From: a virus
Lineage: Duplodnaviria > Caudoviricetes
IMG/VR virus record: IMGVR_UViG_3300037070_004226
Span: 1 to 60,440 of that record
Length of the DNA stretch: 60,440 nt
Reading direction: 5' to 3' (one strand)
Shown here: positions 12,401-20,413 of the stretch, piece after piece
Layout of the letters: every line of letters begins with the position of its first letter
Position numbering within the stretch: position 1 is the stretch's first letter
The notes under the pieces: generated by a model
What the model saw: the letters and a program-made list of their open reading frames with translations, nothing else
Database searches by the model: none
Told to the model about the DNA's origin: nothing
Program-made: the position numbers and the translations under genes

Positions 12401-13868
12401 TGGGGTCCTTCAGTTCTCCGGGCTTCCGGGTAAGGGCGTCGTTGAGCCATTCTTCGGCCTGCTGCTTTGGCTTGGGAACGAGTCCCCTCCTCTTCGGCTG
12501 TGCGGGAGCCGCTTCCTTCCGGACGGGTCGCTTCTGGGGAACTGGGGGCGATTCCGGAACAGCCACCTCGGCACTTGGGTAGGACAATGTCCTATCGGGA
12601 ATCGCTTCCGGCTCCTTGCCCACAACGATTTCCGTTGGCCCTTGGGCTAAGACATCCGGTGGGTTGGCTGCATCCTGCGCCATAATCACCCCCTTCAGCA
12701 CGGAATCGTCTACCGGGGGGGCTGCTTCCGGCTCTACTTGTACTTCCGGCGGAACGACTTCGCCCGCTGTGGCTTGTACTTCAGCTTCTTCTTCGACCGG
12801 GGGTGTTTCTGTGGGTACTTCACTTTCAATCTCCTGTTCTGCCTGAGTAATAAGTCCGTCGAGCGCCTTGCCTCTCGATTCTCGGTTCTTCAACTGCTCG
12901 TCGGTGAAGCCCAGTTCCTTGCCTTCATCGACGGTGACGTACCGCTTCTGATCGTTGCGAATCTCCTTCAGGCGGGCGAGTTCCTGGGCTCGGGCTGCTC
13001 CCGTCACACCGCCGGAGATGATGTTCGGTGTTTCCACTGCCCCCAGCGTCACAGCGGTTTGAACGCTGGTCTCCTTCATGGTCTCCCAAATCTGCTTCGG
13101 GGTCAGAGGCTTTCCAGACGCAACCGACCTGGCGACGGCATGGCCGATTTCTGTGATGTTCTCCTCGGGGAGTTCCGCGAGCGCATCCTTCAGGGCCTGC
13201 TTCGCTGCGGGAAGGACTGCCTTGGAAGCAACTCGGCGGCCGACGGCTGATTCAAAACCGCCAAAGCCGACCTTTTGGAAAGCTGCCGCGACAATTCCTT
13301 CGATTACTCCTTGGGTATTGGCGTAGGTCCGGACTTCCGCCTCGGACATCCCCATGTCGCGGGCTTCGGTGATCGCCTGGTCTCGCTCCTGAAGGGCGGC
13401 GCTTCCGATTGCACCATAAGGACCAAGGAACCGCCCGGCCACAATGGACGTTGGGATGGTCTTTCCGGCTCCGCGGAGCGTGCGCTTCAGGATGGGAGGA
13501 ACGATTCCTTCCTCGTCGTGTTTCCGTGCCACCTGCTCATAGGCGTCGCCAAAACGATTCAGCTTGTCGGCCGTTTCATCCATTCCAACTTGGCGAGCCG
13601 CTGGAGCGACTACGCTTGTTCCCAGGCCAACCAGCGTTGCCCCCACGTCCCTGACGACAGAAGCTGGTACAAGGGGTCCGGCTATCGCCGCCGCCAGCTT
13701 CATGCCGGCACCCTTCCCCTTATCGACCTCGGCCTCAAGCCTGTTCTTCCGGGCCTCCTGACTGAGCATCCGGGCCTCGTCAAGCGGAACCTCCGGGGCG
13801 GAATCCCACCAGTTGCCGGCTGCTGGCTTCGGCTCGATTACCGGAGCGTTGTCCCACCAGTTACTCAT
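6414..13868 (-). CDS. Large polyvalent / ejected virion protein (~2480 aa) with a zincin-like HExxH domain and an LPD38-like C-terminus
   Basis: IAHEVAHHID; EATVNFKRxG..PFFNAAIQ..RIPKP pattern typical of LPD38. Probable start MSNWWD overlaps the upstream stop. Last gene of the late operon. Confidence 0.75.
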   Translation of the reverse strand: MSNWWDNAPVIEPKPAAGNWWDSAPEVPLDEARMLSQEARKNRLEAEVDKGKGAGMKLAAAIAGPLVPASVVRDVGATLVGLGTSVVAPAARQVGMDETADKLNRFGDAYEQVARKHDEEGIVPPILKRTLRGAGKTIPTSIVAGRFLGPYGAIGSAALQERDQAITEARDMGMSEAEVRTYANTQGVIEGIVAAAFQKVGFGGFESAVGRRVASKAVLPAAKQALKDALAELPEENITEIGHAVARSVASGKPLTPKQIWETMKETSVQTAVTLGAVETPNIISGGVTGAARAQELARLKEIRNDQKRYVTVDEGKELGFTDEQLKNRESRGKALDGLITQAEQEIESEVPTETPPVEEEAEVQATAGEVVPPEVQVEPEAAPPVDDSVLKGVIMAQDAANPPDVLAQGPTEIVVGKEPEAIPDRTLSYPSAEVAVPESPPVPQKRPVRKEAAPAQPKRRGLVPKPKQQAEEWLNDALTRKPGELKDPKAVAEWITKGFGDENYSKAVPEGKTLEQVVSDWMGPKPPETPPAAPQPDSSPEPTPVVPVTPVAPQEAVGPVKSKGRKDQYFKAYAAEIGKYRLGPVETETGTKFGVFAAGDERGGPVATFDGRDSAIQFMETQKQADEPVPPVQPKEPEAKAEAIQDEPYKPPHSSEEVRKAAQSAEAARKRFEKRSGPMVPPPIRIEISQKIATQEERVKEMKEANRKYNEEYRLRAEAKAVPEPLPPVEEKKAQEASGSITLKDDEYDLSKLSDAALRHLSRKNEGTQSYSDGGDNLKVAVTKELGNRKLADYTKGPEGVGEGEYKAWSKAREDRETAEQAIPTEEVALSKLEKSLFQTAARNLKIPFGGRGKHGYSAAKQYAGAIKNAEDIVKASPEMAAQAKKIEQAKQAALDRKEAAKKAEDEYYRVAGAGFPPVPAGVRYSLEREGRAYTTITVHEFDPARGKYRIESHGNESWVAPQPLLDNYVSKEEQDAVLQAERSFKESKDAKQRKSNAAAEKKRDEEEKVRLKEARSNARKRPDEKHTEVAKTKVKADKVLDSFDLGKHKSAELFGLKTHGLAMVKEMAKQVPEFAYEPIFTVNSKKQLVFRDGVTYTLNPESFNLHPSELTEGQTVGINLEDIGLQQISASEAVGRTLKNVGFSNVKVTENGVSATWGGSAHYLKKEAGKRVSLVGKGDKWRVEQSTLLPGAARMAEEQLAKIHFLEGGKPFQAKTPTQQAADKATQEEGEGVASLQAGITRQTRSSKPKTEGEAPIAAADIQKTAERLFNVPIRQEGFSDRAAGIYKWLSGKSRPPSPAVIRTGEDYFASLGVIAHEVAHHIDETTKAVRGMPKEVKTEIKRLDYEPQKGRVFEGWAEFLRRYMTEPPIDVNGKQVPNPAIDAPQTYAWFEGTWLPAHPEVAKSIAEFRGYAQQFSNQSAFARLASLISDKQPKDLSFKEEWLAKSRRFVNRLKTDFVDKFHTLEWIQEAAKKKGHKGIGIYDLTMAHFMSASSHATIAFEEGVKSLQTGKPIGTTSLWGLRDHLESDGEYEDAVLYAAARHTLFMEEKKPGYNTAFDVEDAENWISEVEASGKSDRFEAFAQGLAQFNNDLLKMLVEAGALPQDQADNMLRYYGGKNYFPLHRVREGDKGRFAGSGVGFVNLGKAVKGRSRKGSGRQIIDPIDATVAQAMRFYGRAIQARQQHVLAETLDPKLGGVGGMGGLMDRVDPKRKVTQGNIEEILDTLVDEGVVEADDSRAMKIAAQLLNSPETVSEKSLKWFAERHGIEEEDGEVDVDALMEAAQEEPNALAVISLWRPDYTPNASKRTVLIYDKQGNPLMYELDQDLYATTTGMDEVQFGPFMSVFREAARWFKTGAVGASTGFGTANLLRDYWEFQGKARHAKGLSTLGKPPEMLGRYIAEKARKLTGHKANDPLIRLYEESGGKVYSVVGHDAESRTRYRRRRIGKSVLSKLGITLSRPGDSAESVLQGMMDLIAVSDAPPRLADAEAAIREEGFEIRDGNWYNVEIGQEVDRLPEHVRIKAAVAMAEATVNFKRIGAKGQYVEAFLPFFNAAIQASHRQWGQIKGLKSLGKKDVEGTRAARYVVYLSALASTSILYWLLRHDDDDWREQEAHLRDGYWTWGRNGKTYLRIPKPRDSAVISNLTENMLDAWYHDDARDTSDVVLRDFGGRIPTGGGLGRGLVETFVADYDYFRGRDLTPDYLKDLPKEQQTTPYTSRASNSIGQVSGPYLGISPIQTDHLLSSASGGFYHRMTDLYDSARDGRLGPEHIPFLRGLVLDRHQARSVSDFYTELENLKIQGHREKAAGKVSDETTGKQAVLDGYAEMMTEIRNLEREGGTGRRDYQYQPYVVGLARSALGYDELKGNPNPLVAKDAPEEVQKIVSDYLQRTVYAATEPLKDESKYKDAESYERERRSLVRAQAQFQKLKADGAIEDAQSLLQEYYLKPDSTGKRGSIREKDTGELKDSYRKKLRALAGLGLE

Positions 13869-15207
13869 TTGGCACCGTCCGAATCGTTCCGTCTGGATGG
13901 ATGAAAGCCGTGCCGGGTTTCTTGCGAAGGGCTTCAAAGTCTGCCGGTGTCTTGGGTGTCGGCAGTCCGATCTGGTCTTTGTTGGCGAGGATCTTCTCGC
14001 GGGTCTCCGGTGAATAGGCCGAACCTGCCGTCGCCTGCATCGCAGTGGCATACGCGACGGCCGCTTTCATGGGGTCAGAAGCTCCCCAGTCGGAAGCCTT
14101 CTGAACCACTTCCGGCGTCACTCCCTTGGCAATATCAGGGGAAAGATTCGGGTACTTCTTCAGGTGCTCCTGAACGACGGTCGGGGACCAGATGTTGTCG
14201 GCCGGGGCTTGGAGACCCTGATTCTGGCCCAGTGGCTGTCCAGGAGATAACGTGTTGAGATCCTTCTCGGTCTGCTGAGAAGTTGCGGCCGGGGCGGCGG
14301 GAGTGAAGAAGGAATCCGCTTCACTCTGCATTTCGTCCGCCTTTTTCAGTGCTTCACCAAACGACTTGTACTTGGGTTTGTTGAGGTCGTCTGTCTCTGC
14401 AAAGAGCTTCTCGGCCTTCGCTTTGATGTCTTGCTGACGCTTCTGCTCTGCCGCTTGGATTTTCTCCTGCTGCTTGATCTGGTCAGCTTGGATTTTCTCC
14501 TGCTGCTTCTGCTGTTCCTTCTGCTGCTCTGCTTGAGCCTTCGCTTGGGCTTCCGCCTGGGGGTTCTCGATTGGCTTTCCTGTCCTGCGGTCGTAAGGAA
14601 TGCGGCCTTCTTCGGGAAGTCCGGCGTCGTTGAAGGCTTTGCCGGACTGGTCGCGGTAGATGGTGTTTTTATTCTCCTCGTCGGCTGGTGAAAACGAGTC
14701 CTGAAGATCCTGGACGCCAGATTGATAGGCGTCACGCTCCTCTTGCCACGCTTTCTGCACTTCGGGCTTCGTCAAATCCCAAGTCGGCCCCATCAACTCT
14801 GCCAGAGCGTTCTTGTGCTTCGTCAACGTCTTTCGAGCTTCGGCGTCAGCGTGCTCTGGAATAGATGGCAGCTTCATGAATTCAGCCTGAGCAAACCGAC
14901 GCTCGGTAAGCATGTCGCCTTGCACTCGCTTCTGGTCCGCGCCGAAAGCCTGCCATGCGCGGCCAAGCAATTGAGCCTTTTGCTGCTGCTCGTTCTGTCC
15001 GGCCTGGAACTCGAAGTTCGCCTCCTGCATCTTGACCCTGTTCTGCTGGTCAATCGCCGACTGCTGGGCCTGAAACGCCTGCTGCGACTGCTGCTGGTAA
15101 ATGTCGAGAAGGTCGTCCTGCTGTTTCTTCTTCCGGTTGCCAACGCCCGCCGCGAATCCAGATTGCAAGATGGGACCGGGTGCTCCGTACTTCAGGACGA
15201 TGGCCAT
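13861..15207 (-). CDS. Putative internal virion / DNA ejection protein
   Basis: Q/E/K-rich helical protein directly upstream of the giant ejection-like gene. Confidence 0.6.
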   Translation of the reverse strand: MAIVLKYGAPGPILQSGFAAGVGNRKKKQQDDLLDIYQQQSQQAFQAQQSAIDQQNRVKMQEANFEFQAGQNEQQQKAQLLGRAWQAFGADQKRVQGDMLTERRFAQAEFMKLPSIPEHADAEARKTLTKHKNALAELMGPTWDLTKPEVQKAWQEERDAYQSGVQDLQDSFSPADEENKNTIYRDQSGKAFNDAGLPEEGRIPYDRRTGKPIENPQAEAQAKAQAEQQKEQQKQQEKIQADQIKQQEKIQAAEQKRQQDIKAKAEKLFAETDDLNKPKYKSFGEALKKADEMQSEADSFFTPAAPAATSQQTEKDLNTLSPGQPLGQNQGLQAPADNIWSPTVVQEHLKKYPNLSPDIAKGVTPEVVQKASDWGASDPMKAAVAYATAMQATAGSAYSPETREKILANKDQIGLPTPKTPADFEALRKKPGTAFIHPDGTIRTVPNE

Positions 15208-15233
15208 TTGTGAATTCCTTGTTAATGTCGCCG

Positions 15234-16115
15234 CTACCCAGTCCTCATTACAGTCCAGGCCCCGATGCTTTGCAGCGTTGCGTTTGCTCCGACGGTTTGC
15301 AGTTTGGCAACCAGATACGTTCCGTCGCTGTCCACGAATTCAAACCCCATGTGATGAACCTGTTCCAGCTTTGTGGAAATCATGTCCACAATGGTCGTGT
15401 TCTGTTGCGTCACGGCGGAACCATCGCTGATAACCGTGACCGTGATTCTGGTGTTGCCAGCGACTTGCGGGCCGAGGGTCAGCCAGGAAAGATATAGCCC
15501 AGGCGGCAAGTAGAGCTTCTTCTTGGACGCATCCATAGTGAAGTAAGGATGGGAAGCGGCGTTGTAGTCCGTCCACTCAATTTCGCTGTTGGACCCGTCT
15601 GTAATCGTCTGATTGATTGGGTTGCGGTAGCCAGCCACGATTGGTCCGGATGCGCCAATGTCCAGCCACGCAATCCCCACGTCGTCATCGTCCAGAAGCA
15701 GCTCCACCACTTCGTCCAAATCCGCTGGATGACCAACTGTGGTCTCGGCCTTCCCAGGGTTGTAGCCCAACTTGCCCTTAATCCGGGCAGCCACCACAAT
15801 CTGCCCCACGACGTAAGGATTCGTCCCGCGAACCACATAGGGCTTCGCCACGTTGATCGGCGTCGTGGTGGGGACCGTGGAGGGGTCGTGCAGGTAAGTG
15901 AAGGTGGGGTCGGAGTCCGCTTCGTGCCCGCGGCAGACGACGTAGTTGTCGTGGGTGTCTTCCTCGATCACCTGGAAGAGGGCCAGCGTGGTTCCCCGAA
16001 CCGGCTCTGGTGCCAGCGGCGCACGCTCCCCGGTCATCGGGTTGAAGGGTGCCCCCGGTATCCCGAAGAACGGAGCAGGAATTCGTCTCTTGCGAAACAT
16101 TATGGTGCGGTCCAT
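15234..16115 (-). CDS. Hypothetical virion-associated protein
   Basis: 293-aa ORF in the structural operon; beta-rich C-terminal domain. Confidence 0.6.
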   Translation of the reverse strand: MDRTIMFRKRRIPAPFFGIPGAPFNPMTGERAPLAPEPVRGTTLALFQVIEEDTHDNYVVCRGHEADSDPTFTYLHDPSTVPTTTPINVAKPYVVRGTNPYVVGQIVVAARIKGKLGYNPGKAETTVGHPADLDEVVELLLDDDDVGIAWLDIGASGPIVAGYRNPINQTITDGSNSEIEWTDYNAASHPYFTMDASKKKLYLPPGLYLSWLTLGPQVAGNTRITVTVISDGSAVTQQNTTIVDMISTKLEQVHHMGFEFVDSDGTYLVAKLQTVGANATLQSIGAWTVMRTG

Positions 16116-18097
16116 CCGGTTCCCGCGTCCCCCAAAGAAAACGCGAGCTTGGAGATTTCAACGAGGTCAGGCCCTTCGTCCACGCGGTCCTGAATGACGC
16201 GGAACATGCCCACGAGGAACTGGTTCCGGCTATCGACCTGGTACTTCATCAGGTCCAGTTCCGCCTGTGACGTGCTCTGCTTCATCTGAAGCCGGCGGGC
16301 GGCAATTTCCATCATCTGCACGTTCAGCTTGACCCGCAGATCCTGGAGGTACTGGCCTTTCTGAAGGCTCATGGCCGAATACTTCTGCCGGCCATCGAGC
16401 GTTTCGGCCACGGCGGCGTTCAGTTGGGCCAGGAGCTTGTCTCTCTGGGAAGCCTCGTTCCGATGAACGTCCTGCTTGGCGGCGTGGGTTTGAACTGTCG
16501 CCTCGATTTGTTGACGGAGAATCGCTAGCAGCTCAGTGTAGGTCTGACCCTCGTTCTGAAGCTCGACACGGCTGAGGGCGTCCCGCAGTGCCTGAATCCG
16601 GTCGAGCGAGTCCATCGTCCTCTGTCTGACCGCCTGTAACCGTGATTCGAGGTTGCTGGCGACTTCGACCTGGAAGCGGGTGAAGGCGTCCTTCAGCCCG
16701 TAGAGCGTGGTCTGAGCGGAAAGGGTCCGGTCCCTCACGCCTTGCAGTTGCCCGAATAGCGTGTGAGCCGACTGGGCTTCGTAGCGAAGCACGTCCTGCT
16801 GGATTCCGTACAGGCGGTCTCGCCCGTCCAGGCTCCGAGCCCGCATCTTGTCCTGTTCCCCGAACAGCGTGTGCTCGTTCGCCAGCTTCTCCCGCATCAG
16901 CCGGTCGTTTAGTTCACCGATGGCCTGGGTCCGTTCCCTCAGAACCGCTTCCTGCTTATCGACCAGGATGGGCGACGAATAGAACCCCTGATTCACCAGC
17001 GCCTGAGAGACTTCGCCCAGCCGGGCGTCGAACACTTCGTTGATTCGTGCCAGGTCCGTGACCCCCAGGTCAACCAACAAGGCGCGAGCAGTGGCGGCGT
17101 GGGTCGTGAAGTCAGTGGTCAGGAGCGCCAGAATCGTTTCGTAGCTCGAAGAATGGTTGTCGAAGGCGGTATCCAGGGAGGTGAGGGAAGCCGTGATCGA
17201 ACTGTTCAGGGCGGTGTAGTCCGACAGAATCGTGGTCAGCAGCGATTCGACGGTGGCACCATGAGCCGTCAGAACCGCCTGGGCGCTGGTGGTGAGGGCG
17301 GTGAGTGCTGCGCCGTGGGTCGTGTAATCCGCCAGGAGCGTGTCGATGTTGGCGAGTTGGCTGGTAATGTGACTGGCCAGGTCGGCCCCCATGTCAGCCA
17401 GGATGTCGTCCAGTGCCCCGGTGTGGGTTGTATACTCCGCGTCGAGTTCGTCCAACTTCGATTCGTAATCGGAGAGGTAGGTGGTGAGTGCATCGCTCTG
17501 CCGCGTGAGCAGGGTTGCAATGACTCCCGAATGGCTCTGGTAGTTGGCTTCGATCTCATCGAGCTTGACGACGTAAACCGCCAGTTGCGTTGCCACCCGG
17601 TCTGATTCCGCCAGGGACTCGCTGCGGGCCAGGTCGACTTGCGTCGAGATGGCTGCCACGTTGTCCTCGAACGCCGCCATGTAGACCACCACGTCTGCGT
17701 CCGACTTGGCGGTCATTTCCGTGTAATGCTGCTGGGACTGCGCGAAGGCGTGGTTCCAGACGGTGATGATGTCCTTGTACCGCAGGTAGTTGAACGTGTT
17801 GGCGGCGTTGTGGGCCACGATCAGCGAGAACATCAGTTCTTGCAGAATCTGCCAGTTGTTCATCGACTGCTTCGACATGTCGTAGGACTTCGTCGGCGGG
17901 GACGTGCTGGCGTCCTCCGTCACGTTCGTCACTACCCAGCCCTGCGCCGTCAGCCAGCCCATCATCTCCCGATCGACATTCGTGACGTTGGAAGCCGTAA
18001 ACCAGAGAGGGGTGTAAGGCGTCGTCGCCATGAGCGGCGGGACGTTGTGCGTCATCAGGCCGCCGGGGTCCATCTGCGGAAGATTCGGTGTCGCCAT
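16100..18097 (-). CDS. Long alpha-helical repeat protein (ejection or tape-measure-like)
   Basis: 665 aa with two blocks of 36-aa periodic repeats; AGGAG RBS. Confidence 0.65.
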   Translation of the reverse strand: MATPNLPQMDPGGLMTHNVPPLMATTPYTPLWFTASNVTNVDREMMGWLTAQGWVVTNVTEDASTSPPTKSYDMSKQSMNNWQILQELMFSLIVAHNAANTFNYLRYKDIITVWNHAFAQSQQHYTEMTAKSDADVVVYMAAFEDNVAAISTQVDLARSESLAESDRVATQLAVYVVKLDEIEANYQSHSGVIATLLTRQSDALTTYLSDYESKLDELDAEYTTHTGALDDILADMGADLASHITSQLANIDTLLADYTTHGAALTALTTSAQAVLTAHGATVESLLTTILSDYTALNSSITASLTSLDTAFDNHSSSYETILALLTTDFTTHAATARALLVDLGVTDLARINEVFDARLGEVSQALVNQGFYSSPILVDKQEAVLRERTQAIGELNDRLMREKLANEHTLFGEQDKMRARSLDGRDRLYGIQQDVLRYEAQSAHTLFGQLQGVRDRTLSAQTTLYGLKDAFTRFQVEVASNLESRLQAVRQRTMDSLDRIQALRDALSRVELQNEGQTYTELLAILRQQIEATVQTHAAKQDVHRNEASQRDKLLAQLNAAVAETLDGRQKYSAMSLQKGQYLQDLRVKLNVQMMEIAARRLQMKQSTSQAELDLMKYQVDSRNQFLVGMFRVIQDRVDEGPDLVEISKLAFSLGDAGTGWTAP

Positions 18098-18118
18098 CGA
18101 AGTAGCTCCTGTTTCCTG

Positions 18119-20404
18119 CTACGCAAACACAAAGACCAGGGACACGCTCACGTTCGCGGCGTTGCCGTTCGTTCCCGCAGCCGTGACCCGCAGCTCCAAA
18201 GCATCGTTCCAAGCCACGGCATAATTCGCGGTAGAGATGGCCACTGCCGAGCCGTCAACCCACGTCCCGGCCGTCGAAAGCTGAAGCCCCGCGTTGCTGT
18301 CCTGAGTCGAAACCAGATTCCCGGCGATCTTCGCGTTCAGCTTCGGCTGCGCGGCCCCGGTGTCGGCGGTCTTGTGGGTTGCGGAGATCGCCACGAGGTA
18401 AGCCCGCGACTTCCGCCAGCGGACATACCTGTTCGACGTGCCTGCCAGGATGTCCTCCACGTTGTCGGCGTAGGCTCCGGACACTGACAGGAGCATGGTC
18501 GCGACCTGCGCGGGAGTCCCGATTTCGAGGTTGGTCAGGGCTACCCCCGTGTTCAGAGTGGCCCCGGCAATCGTCATCAGGGAATTGGAAGCGACCGCCG
18601 TAATCACCCCGTAGTAGGTGGTTCCGCCGTAGGTGTAACGAACCGCCTTTCCCACGGCGATGTCGCTCGTATCGGAGAACGTCACCGTGGAGGTGCTGGC
18701 GGGAGTGGCAGTGTACTTCGTGGCGGAAACGGTCGTCCATTGCGGGTCTAAGCCAGCGCCCTGGACGTAATCGGCCAGTTCTTCCAGGGAGGTCATCGCC
18801 GGAACACCGCTCTGCGAGACGATGATCTTATCGGTGTCCTGAAGCGTTCCTTGGGCGAGGGTTTCGGTATAGGTGCCGATTCCCCCCAGAACGACCGTTC
18901 CAACCGCTGTCACTGTGGCCTGCTTCGCGGTCCCCGACTGGCAGATCAGCATATTATCCGTACCGACGACCGTGGCGGACGCCAGACCGGAGATGTCGAG
19001 CACGCTCGCCTGTAACCCGATCAAGAGGAACGTCTGCAACTGACTGACCGTAGCTTCGTTTTTGGTTCCGGCCTTGTCGATGAGGAACGTATCCGTTCCG
19101 ACGACTGAGGCGGGGGCGCTCGCCGCCCACTGCGTTGTGGTGACGTAAGTGGCAATCTCGGCCCCCGTGGCATACTTCGCCACTCCGGAAACCAGGATGT
19201 AGAACTTATCCGTGGCCAGCAGGGTCCCCGTGTCCGAGAGGCCGCCGACGTAGGTGGCGAAGTCAGTGTTCAGCTTCGTTTCGAGAGCGGTCAGCGTCGT
19301 CTTCTTCGCCACGCCGGATTGGTTCACCAGGAACTCATCCGTCGCTCCGAGGGTCGCGGTGCTCAGGCCGGAGATGTTCAGAACGGTTGCCTGGATGCCG
19401 ACCAGCACGAACGTCGACAGCGCGTCGACGGTGACGGTCTTGCTGACGTTGCTTCGGCCGATGATTAACTCATCGCCAGTGACAATCGCCCCACCCGCTG
19501 TTTGACTCCACGCCTGGGTCAGAACGTAGTCCACCACGTCGGAAATATCCATCGTCTTGGCGACGGAACTGCGGAAGACCGTGAACTTATCGCTGGCCGC
19601 GGCGGGGGCGACTGCGGCGCTCGCCCCCAGGGTTGTGAGCACATAGTCCGACATCGTGTCCACGGTGAGCGTCTTCAGCGCCCCTGAACGCTGCGCCGGT
19701 AGAACATCCGTCGAGAGGGCGGGATCGACGAGTGCCCCGTCCCACGCCATGTCGATGATGTCAAAACCCACCCCACTGGCGAAATAGTCCGCCATGTTCT
19801 CCGCGGTGACGTACTTCGGAGTCCCGCCCTGAAGCGAGTAGAACAGGTCCCCGTCAACGACCGTCGTGTTCTCGGTGAGGGCCGCGACGTAGACGGCGAA
19901 GTCTGTCCAGAGCTTTGTTTCCAGGTTCCCGAGAGTAACCTTCTTGGGGGTCGTAGTTTGGCACACCACGAACAGGTCGCTCGCCCCGAGAGTGGCCGCG
20001 GTGAGTCCGGAGATGTCCAGGACCGACGCCTGCATCCCATCCCACATGTACGTTTTGAGGTTGTTCACCGTGATCGTCTTCGCAACACCCGATCGCTCGA
20101 TGACCACCAAGTCCCCGGAAACGATGGAGGTCACGACGGTCGAATCGAAAGCCCTGGTGAGCGCGTAGTCCGAAACGGCGTCCAGCGTGAAAGTCTTGAT
20201 CGTTCCGGCTCGGTCCCCATGGAGAATGTCCCCGCTTGTGGGTGTGGCAACAGAACCAGCCACTTGCGCCGCGTTCATGTACGTCAGAAGCAAGGCGGGG
20301 GTGACGTAGTAGGGCAGCGTATCGACGAGGGGGATTTTCTCAGAACCGCCGATGGTGTCCACCGAGAGTGAACCGACAAATTCGCTGTATTTTACGTTTG
20401 CCAT
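18119..20404 (-). CDS. Tail-fibre-like repeat protein
   Basis: More than 10 degenerate ~40-aa repeats (D-hydrophobic-RSG/QSG..KTxTV..L..Y) followed by a distinct C-terminal domain. Confidence 0.65.
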   Translation of the reverse strand: MANVKYSEFVGSLSVDTIGGSEKIPLVDTLPYYVTPALLLTYMNAAQVAGSVATPTSGDILHGDRAGTIKTFTLDAVSDYALTRAFDSTVVTSIVSGDLVVIERSGVAKTITVNNLKTYMWDGMQASVLDISGLTAATLGASDLFVVCQTTTPKKVTLGNLETKLWTDFAVYVAALTENTTVVDGDLFYSLQGGTPKYVTAENMADYFASGVGFDIIDMAWDGALVDPALSTDVLPAQRSGALKTLTVDTMSDYVLTTLGASAAVAPAAASDKFTVFRSSVAKTMDISDVVDYVLTQAWSQTAGGAIVTGDELIIGRSNVSKTVTVDALSTFVLVGIQATVLNISGLSTATLGATDEFLVNQSGVAKKTTLTALETKLNTDFATYVGGLSDTGTLLATDKFYILVSGVAKYATGAEIATYVTTTQWAASAPASVVGTDTFLIDKAGTKNEATVSQLQTFLLIGLQASVLDISGLASATVVGTDNMLICQSGTAKQATVTAVGTVVLGGIGTYTETLAQGTLQDTDKIIVSQSGVPAMTSLEELADYVQGAGLDPQWTTVSATKYTATPASTSTVTFSDTSDIAVGKAVRYTYGGTTYYGVITAVASNSLMTIAGATLNTGVALTNLEIGTPAQVATMLLSVSGAYADNVEDILAGTSNRYVRWRKSRAYLVAISATHKTADTGAAQPKLNAKIAGNLVSTQDSNAGLQLSTAGTWVDGSAVAISTANYAVAWNDALELRVTAAGTNGNAANVSVSLVFVFA

Positions 20405-20413
20405 TGTTTCACC

